Origin: Chrysomallon squamiferum
Taxonomy: Eukaryota > Animalia > Mollusca
Direction: 5' to 3'
Length of the DNA: 64,000 nucleotides
Assembly (NCBI GenBank): GCA_012295275.1
Contig: CM022665.1
Span: forward strand, 11,346,001 to 11,410,000
Of the stretch, positions 27,217 to 40,600 are shown piece by piece. The position numbers and the translations under genes were made by a program. Every line of letters starts with the position of its first letter. The first letter of the stretch is position 1. The notes below the pieces were generated by a model, which worked only from the letters and a program-made list of their open reading frames with translations, had not been told where the DNA came from and ran no database searches.

Positions 27217-28087
27217 GACAGAGAGATAGATAGATGCAGATTATATATATAATAGCATTATTATAATTACATAATTTATGGTTTTTTAGTGCTATTAACG
27301 ATAGTAATTAATCTTTAGTAGTGATATTTACTAATTTCATATGATTGTTAAAGTTCACATTGGGGTTAGCATGGTTTTGTGTTATTTTATGTAGAATTAC
27401 ATAACTATTTTCAAATAGATGCTACCTATTACTAACAAGGAAACTTATTAACGTTTTAATCCCCATTACATCATTCATCAGTAATACTGTTTTCCCTTTA
27501 TTATGACAACAAGAAATGTATGCATTCTGTATTAAATGCAATTTCTTTTGATAATTTATGCTTCATATTTGACCAAATGTTGCCATTTACTAAATGATTT
27601 AGGTTTTAATTATGTTTTTAGATTCACAAAGAATCACGTAAGCCCATTGCTGAGTTTTTCTGAAATTTCTTCTGTACAAGCATCAGACAACAATTTGGAT
27701 GGAATTACTGTGAGTTTTATTTTACTAAAAAAAAATTTTTAAATTGTCGTACTTGTATTTCTTTTCAACCAAAACTGTATAATGTTTACTGGCTTATAAT
27801 TTTATAGGAAAATGTAAAAACAAAATGTTTGGCAAGTTTAATTACACATTGTCCAGTTGTAAACAGCATGGTTTCTTCAGTGTTTTGCCTTTTTTGTTTT
27901 GTTGTTAATAACTTTAAACTTATGCTCAATATATATTTTAAATAAAATTTTTAATATTTATTAGTAATCTAAAAAAAAAAAAAATGTTGCCGTTTCAATT
28001 TTAACAGAAGCTTATTATAACTTCAAAATGATCAACAGAGGTTTATGGCATATCATTTGTAATATGTACCATTTTGGAGTAAAATAA

Positions 28088-28131
<44 letters not shown>

Positions 28132-30044
28132 TAAACATTTACTGAAATAATAAAACTATGGATAATGAAAAAAATTCTTTTAACCCAAATTTGGAAAATA
28201 CATGGTGACACTGAAAATTATATTCATTATTCATGTCTAATCTGCTAATTGTTGGTTTATATATATATTCAAAATAATATGTATTTGCTCTTAACAAGTA
28301 TAGTACTTCAGTTTAAATTTAAGACATATTATAAGAAAGTTTTGATTTTTTCATCAGTCAGTATAAAGCCCTTTTTTTTTATATGCATAAATTGCATTTT
28401 CTACTGATATTCAAAGTTGCATGTATTTGCTTTCGAAAAGCACCATAATTTACTTTAGTTAATATTATAAAAAAATATTGGTTTTATTTTTTTCATCCTA
28501 TCTTCAGTCAGTTTATAGCTGTCTGTGTGCACACATATATATCTGTGTATGTATGTATACACACATCACATGTAATTTATATTAGTTTTCAGAATGACAA
28601 GTATTTGCTCTCAGTGTCATATACACATATTCTTTTGTAGATCAAAGGTAGACCTTCGACACGTGAGGTTGTTGCTAAGTATGTTATGTCTGAAGTCACT
28701 ATTGAAGTGGTGATCTCTCTACCAGAAAACTACCCACTGGGAACTATATCTGTTGTCAGTAACAAGAGGGTTGGGGTGTCACAAGCTCAGTGGGACAAAT
28801 GGCTTCTACATCTCAACATATTCCTGCAACATCAGGTATGTTCAAGTGAAAGTTAAAATTTTTATTTTTGTTCAATTTAGTGAAAATTAAAAACTGCTGT
28901 GTGAAATAATAATTATCATCAGATGAAATTATTTTTTATGCAAAAATTACATTCTATCTGCGGTTTAAATCCTGAACAAAGACATTTAGGGATTGTTTGA
29001 AGTCATTAACACATACAATATACAAGTATCTATAATATTCAGTTTGCAAAAAATATGTTGCTTTTTACCCTGATTCTTATACATTATTCCTCTTTATTAT
29101 TATTATTATTTAATATTTCTTAATGTTTTTTTCTTTTTCTTTTGTTGATTTTTTTGAGGGGGGTGGAGGGGTGTGTTAAGGTTTGTTTTTTAGCTGTGTT
29201 TTTGGGGGGGAGGTTTTGTATCCACAATATTACGTATAAAATAAATAATTCCTCAACCAAAATGAATGGCAGCTGATATTAATTTATTACAGAATGGGAC
29301 AATTTTAGAAGGTGTAAAGCTCTGGAAGAGAAACATTGACAAGAGATTTGAGGGAGTCGATGACTGCATGATCTGTTATTCAGTTCTCCATGGCACCAAC
29401 TTTCAGCTGCCAAAACTCATGTGCAAAACTTGCAAGAAAAAGTTTCATTCCACTTGTCTGGTAAGTTGGACAAATGTTCTGATTTATCTTATTATTTCTT
29501 TTTAAATTTCAAAAGCAGGAGATAATAAAAAAAAGATATAGATAATTGAAAGTATTTTTCCAGTAACTTTTGTCACATGAAAGAAATTATTTATTTACTT
29601 TTCATATTTTTAAAAAGTGTTTTCTTCTAAAAGAGTTAAAAAAATTCATATTCAAACTATGTGCTTTAAGATGTGTAACTAGTAATCATTTAAAACATGT
29701 TTAACTTTTTCATTAATGAAAATATCTGGCAACATCATGAAAGTGCTAACTCATACTCAGTAAGCTAGCAGAAAAATTCCAAAAGCAGAAAATTAAAAAA
29801 AACTTTAGAAATTCTGAAAAAGTAATTCACAGCTTCTAAAGCATAAAGCAGAGATCACTTTTGGATTTAATTTTGTGGGAATTTGTCACATTCCTTTCAC
29901 AGAGGTAATAACTAGATTGAAATCTTAAGCAAGATGGTTGTTAATTAATGAAATTATATTTGTGATCTTTTGTTTTGTTTCCAGTACAAATGGTTCAGCA
30001 CCAGTCACAATTCAACATGTCCATTGTGTCGAAATTTGTTTTAA
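7886..30044 (+). CDS. LTN1: E3 ubiquitin-protein ligase listerin (ribosome quality control), ~1742 aa, 31 coding exons
   Basis: N-terminus [27 protein letters not shown]...[19 protein letters not shown]; C-terminal [59 protein letters not shown]. Phase-consistent GT-AG exons: 7886-7933, 9020-9211, 9535-9633, 11468-11698, 12173-12225, 12575-12755, 13386-13559, 14062-14252, 14629-14770, 15060-15737, 16040-16274, 16666-16817, 17047-17128, 17909-18062, 18776-18917, 19360-19677, 20086-20204, 21033-21140, 21705-21847, 22300-22447, 22996-23140, 23726-23942, 24790-25027, 25341-25418, 25763-25949, 26286-26418, 27013-27142, 27622-27709, 28641-28835, 29293-29460, 29985-30044. Confidence 0.96.
14897..15022 (+). 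repeat. Degenerate ~45-bp tandem repeat (3 copies) in an LTN1 intron
   Basis: AAACTTA...TATAATCT(G/A)ACAGACTG unit repeated three times. Confidence 0.6.
20300..20375 (+). repeat. Dispersed repeat, copy 1 of 3
   Basis: TTCAACATAGCTCA...AATTA.TTTC.GCAG...ATGA.ATGACAC shared with ~23550-23620 and ~38132-38195. Confidence 0.6.
23550..23625 (+). repeat. Dispersed repeat, copy 2 of 3
   Basis: TTCAACATAGCTCATGCTGTGATCTCAGGATCAGAATTATTTTCTAGCAG...TGACAC. Confidence 0.6.
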
Positions 30045-30559
30045 AACAGGAGTGGAACTCCCAGGAATAGAAAGACACAAAAACAGAACTGTTTTAAACT
30101 AGTCTATCATTTTACACAGAGACCACTTCTGTGAATCTGCTGTAAGCAGTCTATAAAAACCAATAACATAGCTAAAAGGATGCTGCATATACAGATCTTC
30201 TTTAACATTAGAAAGATTTTTTTTATTTTTTATCATGAACTGATAGTGTGTGCATGTGTGTGTGTATATCTATATATGTATGCAGGTATATATATATACT
30301 AATGACATTTATCAGATTTCTTGTCTATCCTGTATTTCATATTGAAATGTGGGTAATAGTTCTTGCTGGGATATGGCTCATAAAATATGGAAATTCCTTC
30401 AAATATGTTGTTTGTTGCATTTTGTATGTAGAACATCTGTTTATTTCTATGGACAGAACTTTCACTATATATACTAAACATACTAATGCCAGAATTAATG
30501 GTTATCCGAGACCCAAGAGAGTTCATGTGCGTATGTGCGTATGTGCGTGCGTGCATGTT

Positions 30560-30655
30560 CATCCTGAGAGTGGCAGGAAGTCACCCAATGGATGCACTGA
30601 AGAGGATTGATCCAGGATGCCATCATACCTCAGAAGGAAATGTTCTAACATTGAA
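30560..30655 (-). mobile_element. Degraded tRNA-derived SINE head, likely in the LTN1 3'UTR region
   Basis: Minus strand reads TGTTAGAACA...GAGGT...GGATCAATCC...CCATTGGG, with A-box-like and B-box-like motifs at tRNA-like spacing. A possibly related fragment GGCCATTTCTCATACCAGCCAGTGC lies at ~22452-22476. Confidence 0.4.
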
Positions 30656-31425
30656 AATCAGACCTTGATTAAACCCGAATTCCATCTTTTTTTTTAATAC
30701 TAAAAACAGAATAAACTGCATGCCCCCATTTCCAGTATTAAAAAAAAATAATTTAAGATGAACAAACCAGATACGTACCCAAGTCATTTTTCTTTTCCTA
30801 AATCAAATTACTTTCACTGAATATACTGAATTTAAATACGTATTCACTGATAAATTCATGAACATAGTAAAATACTAGATAAACACCAATTCTGTTTGTA
30901 ATTTATTAAAAAATCCAGTCAAAGTAACAATCAGACAAATACAATCTATAAATTTTTATTATGACAATATGTCAACCACTGTTATAAAATGATTTAGTAT
31001 TAATACATAAATCACTCCTACTGGTACATGTTATAAAACAAACATGTATTTCTACAACAATTCCATGTTAATTTTCTGTACATAATGTAATAAATGCTTT
31101 TGAACACATCTGCTTATGGAAAGCATTGATAAATTGTTTTTAAAAAAAAGAAAAAAAGTGATATGAAAAATTAATTCAGTACTTTTTGCAGTATCTTCAT
31201 ACAAACACCTTAGGGCAAATGCATTAATATTTGGGGAGGAACTTATGTGTGTCATGAGAAACAAACCAAGTTCCTATTACCAGCCCATTAACTGTGACGT
31301 TTATATACTGGCACATATTTTGAAATGAAAACATTTACTACTGTCAAGGATAGTTTACCTGACAGTGTTGACACTTTTATGAGTAGTAACTACAATAAAA
31401 ACTGATGTACATATTTAGCATGGAA

Positions 31426-34179
31426 TCAAACACGATTTCTCTCCTTCTGAAGTCTACTGCTGTAAGTCCGTGATACTAAATTCCATGAATCCATGTATCT
31501 ATCCATGCACATAGCTATGCATTTCTGTAAAGATAAAATGAATTACATGGCCATTAATTTTACAACACTGGAAAAAGTATCAACTAACAAACATTTAATA
31601 TAATTTATTTAAAGCATCTGATACATGTATACATTACAAACTAATAAAAGTCATTAACTTGTCAGGTTTTTGTGGAACTAAGATGATGATTATTCTATAG
31701 ATATATAAATTGTTTTGTTTTTTTAAATTAGGAATATTCAAATGTGCTTTCTCACATACAGAAATATGCTTATTTTTAATCTAGTTACCTGTTCAGAATT
31801 GTCTAAAGATGTTCCTGGTTTATGGATGCATTTCTTGAAACATTTTTCTGACATTTTCTGCAATGACAAGTGACATTATTAACTTTTATTTATTTCTCTT
31901 TTTTTTAAATTTGTTATCTGAAATGTTTGGCAGTGAAGTATTTCAAACTCAAAGTATGCAATTTTTCAGGTTTTGATGTATATGTTTATATATAACACAA
32001 GAAACGGATCCATGAAATTCATTTATATTTCATATACAGCTAATACAGTTCGCTGCCAGGGCTTATTTACGTATATTCTTTTTCTTCTCATAACTTTGTT
32101 CATAAAACAGCGTTTTTACTGATTTTGAATGACCAGTCAGGCCATTCACAGCAACATTTTGCCTTGCCTGTACAACATTTGTATGGCCTCTCCTGAATTT
32201 TGCTATTATTTTTTTTTTTAACTTAGAGTGCACTTTAAAAACATGTTATTATTATATCATAAAAACTATAATAACACAAAAGAAGGAAACAGAACTTATT
32301 TTAGTTTTATTAAAAGCTCTAATCATTAAATTATTATTATGTCAAGGGACCCACCCAATCAAACATCTGGAATGTTTTACCAAGCCTCAAGTCTTGGAAT
32401 GAATAAAGAGTTTTTTATAACCAAAATGATGTTTGCAACCATTTACAATGTCTACCATTACTGGCATGCAACATGTTTGTTGGATGTAGGCTAATGTTAA
32501 AAGACAATACAACTCTTTTCAGTTAATTTGAACTGTCCACAATACTCACACGAGCATAAGCAATGATACCTTTTGTTGACATTGTTTGCACACTGATGAT
32601 TTGGTGTTTGGTATGCCAGACTCCATAAGAAATTAAAATGTTTTAACACAAAGTAATTTTGGAAAATCTCAGGGGCCTATGACAGACACAAATATCGCAA
32701 ATATCTTTAGATTGTCCTATAGTTGTGCAGATATAAACAGAAAAAAGTGGAAAACAATGAATAAAAAAAATCTTGGTCTTTTACAAACCATAGTTTACTT
32801 GCATTTTACTTGTATAACACAATACATGGAAATTCTCAGTTGCCAGGCAGGCTACATGGTAAAGTTTTGACTCACCATAACATGCATAACCTGTATTTTA
32901 AACTATCCGAAACTTTTAACATCACTGTCTCTGCAGCTCAAAAAAAGATTTGGACTTAAAAACCTTTCAGATGAGGGACCTGTAACCTGTGTTTGTAAAG
33001 CATATTTCACACGTCACTGGATTAGTCTTTTAGTGTAACAATTAAGCCATTTTACACAATTCAGGCTCTTTCCAACATTGCATGTGAAAAGCTTGTGTAT
33101 GCATTTCTCTGTATATGGAAAAGTTCATAAATAAATTATTACCTGCTCTTTTTAACATGGAGTGGTCATAATCATAGCTTCTTTCCTCTTTATAAATTAT
33201 ACAAGAAAATTCATAATGGTAAGTATTAGATTTAACATTATCATGTGTTCAGATTATCATTATGATTATGTATGATGCACATTCACTGTTTAGGAATAAT
33301 ACTGCTTTAACACAATATAACATCACTGGGCGTTCACTAAAAATGTGTGTCCATGCAGCATGTGAGAAGCAATTAAATGGTGTTTATTACTTTATATAAT
33401 TTATACTTTCTTGAACAAGATCTTGGTATTCCTGAAAGAAAACCAATTAATTTATCATAAATCATGATAGTTTTGCCAATGCAAGTCTGATCATTTAAAA
33501 AATATTAGTATCTGACCAAAGGACACTTTTTGTGTAAACATTATAGATACTAGTAAACATTATTCCAGCTCACTGCCTTTTAAACTTATTTTAATCATGT
33601 GTAAAAGTATTTTTCCAAGGCATTAATGATTAATGATTAGATTTAGAATAGAACATAACTGTTTGCTGCTGTTTTCGTCTTTTTGTTAAAAATAAATTAT
33701 TTGAAACATCTTTTTGTTAAAAATAAATGATTTGAAACATATTTGTGTTAATTCTACTGGTCAGTATCAACAGAGATGATAAGTGGAAATGATCAAACTC
33801 CAAGTATATCATTTCTTTATCAGTCACTGAGTCAGTCGTTTTATTAATATTATTCTTAATGTTCCATCATCATTGTGCAATCGTGATGCATAAAGCTTAA
33901 GATAATCATGACAGTGACACTACTGCCACGGCAGCGATATCATTTCCCATAGCGTAATGCAAAGCCCAAATAATAAATATATTCAGATCACGTATACTGA
34001 ACCAACTAAGCTGTCACGCATCTGAGTTTCAAGAACTAGCGGCAGTGTGATGCAACATCATATACCTGTAACAATTCCTGTGCGTTGGCTAGGGCAATTT
34101 GTTGCTTAACTTGTTCCATCAGCTGCTCTCTGTTAGCGGCATCAAGTTTACCACCGGGTGGTGGCGCAGAGAAATCCAT
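31426..34179 (-). CDS. TIMM13: Mitochondrial import inner membrane translocase subunit Tim13, 93 aa, 3 exons
   Basis: Exons 34179-34066 ([38 protein letters not shown]), 31857-31789 ([23 protein letters not shown]) and 31524-31426 ([32 protein letters not shown]). Twin CX3C motif; phase-0 GT-AG introns. Confidence 0.96.
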
Positions 34180-34234
34180 TTTGATAGTCAGTAGTGGCCA
34201 AATTTAACCTTCAGACAGGCTACTATTTCATTGA

Positions 34235-34282
34235 CACTTCCACGTGCGGAGGGGGCGCTAAAATATGAACTTCCGGAATTCT
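34235..34282 (-). promoter_or_regulatory. TIMM13 promoter motifs
   Basis: CACGTG E-box, a G-rich box and ACTTCCGG (ETS) at 34269-34276, within ~100 bp of the ATG. Confidence 0.55.
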
Positions 34283-37200
34283 GAAAACGAATGAAAAATA
34301 AAACTGTGTAATAAAACGAATTGGAAATCGATTTACTGACGCTTCATATTATTTCTTAGGTGATAAATGGTCTGTCCCTCGACTGTAATAACAACATAAA
34401 ATAACTTCCAGTGTTTGAATTAAAAAGGGATTATTTACAGATCGCAAAAAGCAACTATTGTTAAGATTTGTATCATATTTCGGTATCTAGTAGGAGTAAT
34501 TGACATACAAGAAAATAATTTCAATAAATATACATGAACTTCGATGAAGTTTGAAATCCCTCAACAGGTACGATTGATACGTTCCGGCAGTACATGTGGA
34601 TTTAATAAATATTTATATTATTATTAAATAAAGATTTATTTATTTTTATTATTGTTGTTGTTGCAAATTTATTTCTTAAACTATACATATACATATCTTC
34701 AACACTAAAAGATACAATCTTTGAAATAAAAATGTTTTTAAACTGATTACTAATAAATTAATGTATTTTTATAAATTACTTTAATGAATGGACATATGGA
34801 AAGGTAGAGATAGAAAGACAGACAAACAGGATAAATGTAATGATTGAAAGACAAGTATTTGAATGAGAAATGTAATAAAATAGTAAAATGGTTATTATAA
34901 GTGACAATCAGTCTCAGTATTTTGAATGTATTGATTTTATTACTGACCAACTTGCTGACTGACAGGCGAATGAACAAGAAACTCAAAAATAATCAACATT
35001 TGTTTATTGAACTTTTGTGTTGCAGTTACACTGTTGAACATATGTTTAAAAGTAACAGTCTTGTTGGTGTACGAAAAACATGTCACGACCAGTACATTTA
35101 TAAATGTACTCAACATCACAATAACTATCACAAAACACAATATCTGAATCAGTAGACAGAATTGCATTAGTTTTTACTTCATTTGTGCTAAGACATCACT
35201 GGATTTAACAGGGAAATAATAATAAATAAAACAGCAGAAAACATAAATTTGTAGCCAAAGTTATCCATTTATAAAATGGTCACAATGACAAAAAACAAAA
35301 TTACCCCCCCCAAAAAACCCCAATGCTATTCATTATAAAGCATCATATAATGTTAATATTGACAATGAACATTCAACCATTAATTATTATTTTTACATCT
35401 ATTTATATTTTAATAATGAAATAACTTGTAGTTGTTTTAGTTAAATGACAAGTGGTGAAACTTGTATTGGTTATTTTAGAATAAATAATATTAAATATCC
35501 TTTCAGCTAACCAGCTTCTCATTGTTCTGTCCCACTGTAATGTGAAAATGTATTTTAAAGCTATTTTATCCAGTGTCTTGTATGTATATATATTATTTAT
35601 TATTACTTTTTGTTTTTTCTATTTGCATTATCACAAAGCATTCTCATTATATGAGAAATTGTAACTAAGCCTATATTAAAATAATGAAAATTAATTGAAT
35701 TATTGTTAGATATTAAAATTAGTCTCAGCTTCTTTTTTAATTTAAAAAAAACAAACAGTTCTAACCACTACAGTGTATTTGTAAAAAAAAAAAAAAAAAA
35801 ATTCTCTATCACCTTTCAAGCTATTGCATTTATTATAGAAATCAGCCTAACTTGCCAGTGGAGCTATGTATATTAAAGCTAAACTGAAATAAAATTAATA
35901 AAACAAACAAAGCAGAATTACATTTAAACAGATTAAAAAACATTTCTTTGTGGAATGTAAACATTTCCACAACATTTGAAATTTCTACACATTATATTTT
36001 ATTAATTTTTCTGCATTTCACTTTAATGGATTTTAAAAAAATGTAATGTACTACATGTGTTTAAATATATTTTTAACAATTCTATTCTGGAAAAAACATT
36101 ATTAACTGACATAAAAAAAAGAAAAGAAACACTATGTACTTCCATACTTCCATACAATCTTGCCATAATGTGTTCTCTTATTTAGATCGGAAACTGTAAT
36201 TGAAATTAGAGCACTAGTTTAAACCAAGTATTGTTACAAAGGTTAAAGGTAGTCCTATTTAAGTTTTAATTATTGCTCCTGTTATTGTCTAATAAACAGT
36301 AATTAGGCCTGTTATACAAATGATGGAAGAGATTTCAGCAAAAAAAACCTAAACAACAGCTTTATCTGTCTTTAATTTGGTTTAAATAACTAAAACTTTC
36401 AATAAACTTAGAAACTGTATTATCTCTCAGAAAATGGCATTAGAAATACCAGTTAAACTTACAAAACATTTTTTAATGTCAATAAAATTACATTATCCAG
36501 GCTTTTCATACATTTATTGTGAGTATTATTTGTTTTATACAGTTTATGTGAACTAGTCACAGGCAATGGGAAATCACTGCAATCCCCCAAAATTCCATTC
36601 AAAACAGAATCACAAGAAGTGGAAACATTTTTTCAATATAAACAGTAACTATTATAATTCATTTTTCAACAAACAAAAAAAAAGAAGACATTTTTAAAAA
36701 GGTGATGTTAACATTTTTGAAACTAATTTATAATTAATAATAATAAATTCAGAATAAGCCCAGATGTGACTAGTGCAGAATTTAAAATGTATTATTTCTA
36801 TGAGAGAATCGTAAGATTAATTATTACAGCAGTTTTTAAATCATGATTTCTTAATGACAAAATTACATTTTGGGTACAGCAAAATATGTGTTTGCTAATG
36901 TTAGTATTATAAATAATAAGCAAAGTAAATACAGCATAATATGAATAGTTTATATTTTGTTATCATTATCTTTTTATATTTGATAACCTTTGTACAGAAT
37001 TTATCATGCGGATAAAGGTTTTTTTTTTACATGAATTTTTAACACTCCATACCAATACTATTTAAACCTTGTCTTTGAAACTTAACATAGTGATAAACTT
37101 TATTTAAAAAAAGAACTGAGACATCATTTTATTATTATCTGTGCTAAATTCACAGAGATGTGAATTATTACATACAGCATTGATTGACATTGTTCTTGGA

Positions 37201-37618
37201 TAATATGAATAAAAACCTAAATATATTTTCTATTATCTGAAGAACTCTGGGCACTCAAATTAAAACAGGTGTTTAAAATATCACAGGTTGTTTCCCAAAG
37301 CCCTACTTACATATTATCAAGGTAATTTGTCCTAATTGGAAACAACAATTCTAACAAAAAAATAAACAATAATAAAATAAATAAATAAATAATAAAATAA
37401 ATTTAAAAAATTTAAAAATAATAAAAGGAGGAGGAGGAAAAAAACTGAAAAAGATAACAACCTTTATCAGCATGTGCTCAGCAATATTTTACAACTGGCT
37501 AAAACAGTCGCTGAAAGTGTTTTCTGTACATCATCACTTTAACAGTTGTTTTAACACAGCTATATGAAATAATGTATTCTTGAAGACTGTTGTACTACAC
37601 AAAAAAAAGACAACATCA

Positions 37619-40600
37619 TTACGTCTGGCGACAATTTACTGGGTTTTCAGACCTCTCCCCATCATCCTCATCTACATCCAGAAAACCTGTGATTCGATAT
37701 CCCATATTCATCAACATGACCTCCAGAGGGTCAGCATTCATTCTCTTCTGATTGGCTGAGGCTGCATCATCTGAGTTGTCAATCTCACGCTCATTTTTGC
37801 TGCCATCCTATAATATTTTTATTACTGATTTCATACACATGTATAATATAAGATTCACACACACACACACACACACAGAGATATGTGTGTGTGTGTGTGT
37901 GAAATAAAGTCTTTAATATATTAGTTTATTTTTAATTCATGGTTTTATTACCAAATATGTTTTTACACACACACTCATCCGTGTGTATTTTAAATAAAAA
38001 TATATTTGGTGATAAAACCATGAATTAAAATAAATGAATAGATTATAAACATTATTAGTTCAAGAAGATAAAAAAAATATACACAGTTTTGATAATGTAA
38101 TTTACACATGTACATCTAACAACATATAAAGTTTCAACATAGTTCATCCTTTGATGTTGGGCTCAAAATTATTTTCTATCATTTTGTGAAAATAGACTAT
38201 AACAATGGTAAACAATAAGTAACATTTGATACAATATTTTGTAAATTTAAAACAAAATGAAACCAGCATATGCTCCTGAAAAATAATAATGAACTATTAA
38301 TGAATCAGTATTAAAAAAAAAAAAAATTTCTTCTTTGACTTATCAAACTAAATGGATTTATATCTGTTCTAAACTCACCTCTGCTTTTGGACTCCACAAT
38401 CGCACAACAGGATCTATACCACTAGTAGCTAAAAGGCAATAGCTAGGATGTGGCTGCAAACAGTTGACAATAGAGTCATCTCCCCTGAGAACACGAACTA
38501 TGTTTGTTGTTTCTTTCTCCCATATGAAGAACGAACCATCATCAGATCCAGCAACAATGTACTGGCCATTGCTGAGTAAAATATCAGAGTAATAAATTTT
38601 AAACTTTGTGGACAAAATTTGTAAAGAAATGATTTTAAAGATTTTTCAAACATTTTGTGATGTCCATAATTTTTTTTTATCTATGATTACCTTCCAAAAA
38701 AGTTGGCTTCTTTGATATCGGTTGTTGTGTTGCAGTGACCACAGAAGCGGAATTCATAATCGTAAGCATCATTTCGCCAAATTTTCTCTTGTTCTGACAG
38801 AGCTGGTGCTCTTCGTTTGTTTGAAGTGTCATCACTTTTGGAAGCTCCACTTTTTTCTTCTATCATAATAAACATTTAAAATTGTAATATACAAACAAAA
38901 TCATTTCCTGCTTATGCTACCTCTGGAAATATAGGAAGAAAAAAATACAGACTTCAGCACATAAATATCATTTTTGTAAATATATTTTTTAAGTGTAAGC
39001 ATTCATTAGCTGTAAATATATAAAACAGTTTTTAAAACATGTTTTAATATAAAGTTCTCGTCTTCCTCTCAGTTTACTGAATGAAAATGTATTAAAAAGA
39101 TGATGTAATATGTAAATATGAAGATATTTTCTCATTTCAAAAACAATCAACAGCAGTTGGGTTTTTTTTTTTAACAAAAATACAAACCAAATTCGTAGAT
39201 TACAAACCCAAATCTGTCCATGAGAAAATAGCAGCTTTGATATCTCTATCTAATGCTTCACAAGCTGCACTTTTGGCATAATCAGGAAACTTTGTCTTGA
39301 AATGCTGTAAGCAGTTGTGTGCTTCTTGTGGCCAGGCCAGCTCATAAAGGCATCTGGCTAAACGAAAATGGGCTTTCAGATGATTTCCATCAAGACGTAA
39401 GGCACTGTGGCAGTCTCTCAATGCAGCATACAAGTCACCATCCCTAGAACAAAATACATATCTTTTTATAAAATTTTGTCACGTGTGTTGTATTATTTTA
39501 TTTCTTCGATCATCTTTTAACAAGCACAGAATGATATTTAATGAAACCCGATCCTCCAAACAAACAAACAAACAAGCAAAAAAAACAAAAAGAAAAATAA
39601 TTTAGATTCATAAAAAGAATAAAAAGTTGACAAAAATTATTTCTTCTATTTCTTAAAAATGTTATTTTCATCTTCTCTTTGTTATTATTATTATTATTAT
39701 ACTTTGTAATTCAACATCAGTAGATAATTGTACAGAATGGAAAACCAAAGGAAAAAAAAAAAAGAAAATAGTTCTTCATGTAGTTATATAGCATTATCCT
39801 TCCTTACAGATTTAAACAGAACTTTGAACATACTTATATCAATAATTACTGACAGGAATAATTTAAAAAAAAAAAAAAAAAACAACCTTGGCATGTGTCA
39901 AAATACTGAATTTTATTATTTTAAAAAATAACAAAAACAGCACGCATTTGAAAATAAAAATATGATCGAGTTAAAAATATTTACCATTTTCTCTTCATGT
40001 AGGCTGCTGCTCGGTTGCCATATAATACAGCTGCATGTGTTGCCATTGCCAACGCTTTGTTGTACAACATTATAGCTTTGGTGTATTGTTCCTTTTCAAA
40101 GCACATATTTGCCCTCTTTTTCAATGATTCCACAAAATAACCAAGATGACGAGAATCTGGCTTGTAACTAGTAAAAGACATCAAACACAATAAGTAGGTT
40201 GGTAGGTAGATAGGTAGGTAGGTAGGAAGAGAGGAAGAAAAGTGAAAGTAAAGCAAAAGCAAAAGCAAAAGCAAAAGCAAAAGCAAAAGCAAAAGCAAAA
40301 GCAAAAGCAAAAGCAAAAGCAAAAGCAAAGCAAAGCAAATAAATGTAATGTACATCATAGTTACAAACGACACAAATTCTAACTGGTAATACTCCATATG
40401 GACTCTAAAATTTTTATTTCACAACAGCTTAACAGAAACTGTATAATAATACGTAGGGAAAAGCACAGGCTGTCTGGCAGTACAAGTTCCTGCATATTTC
40501 CAAACACAAATTGAAATGAATTTTTAATTATTTTTTTTTCTTCTTCTCTGGAGTTTACAGGCTATTTGAAGATTCTTTTCGTTACTGTCATTAACATCTA

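Noticed and set aside
33980-34062. Possible C/D snoRNA in TIMM13 intron 1 (ATGATGT...CTGA on minus strand)
   Set aside because: Imperfect C box abutting the 5' splice site, no terminal stem and no recognisable guide sequence.
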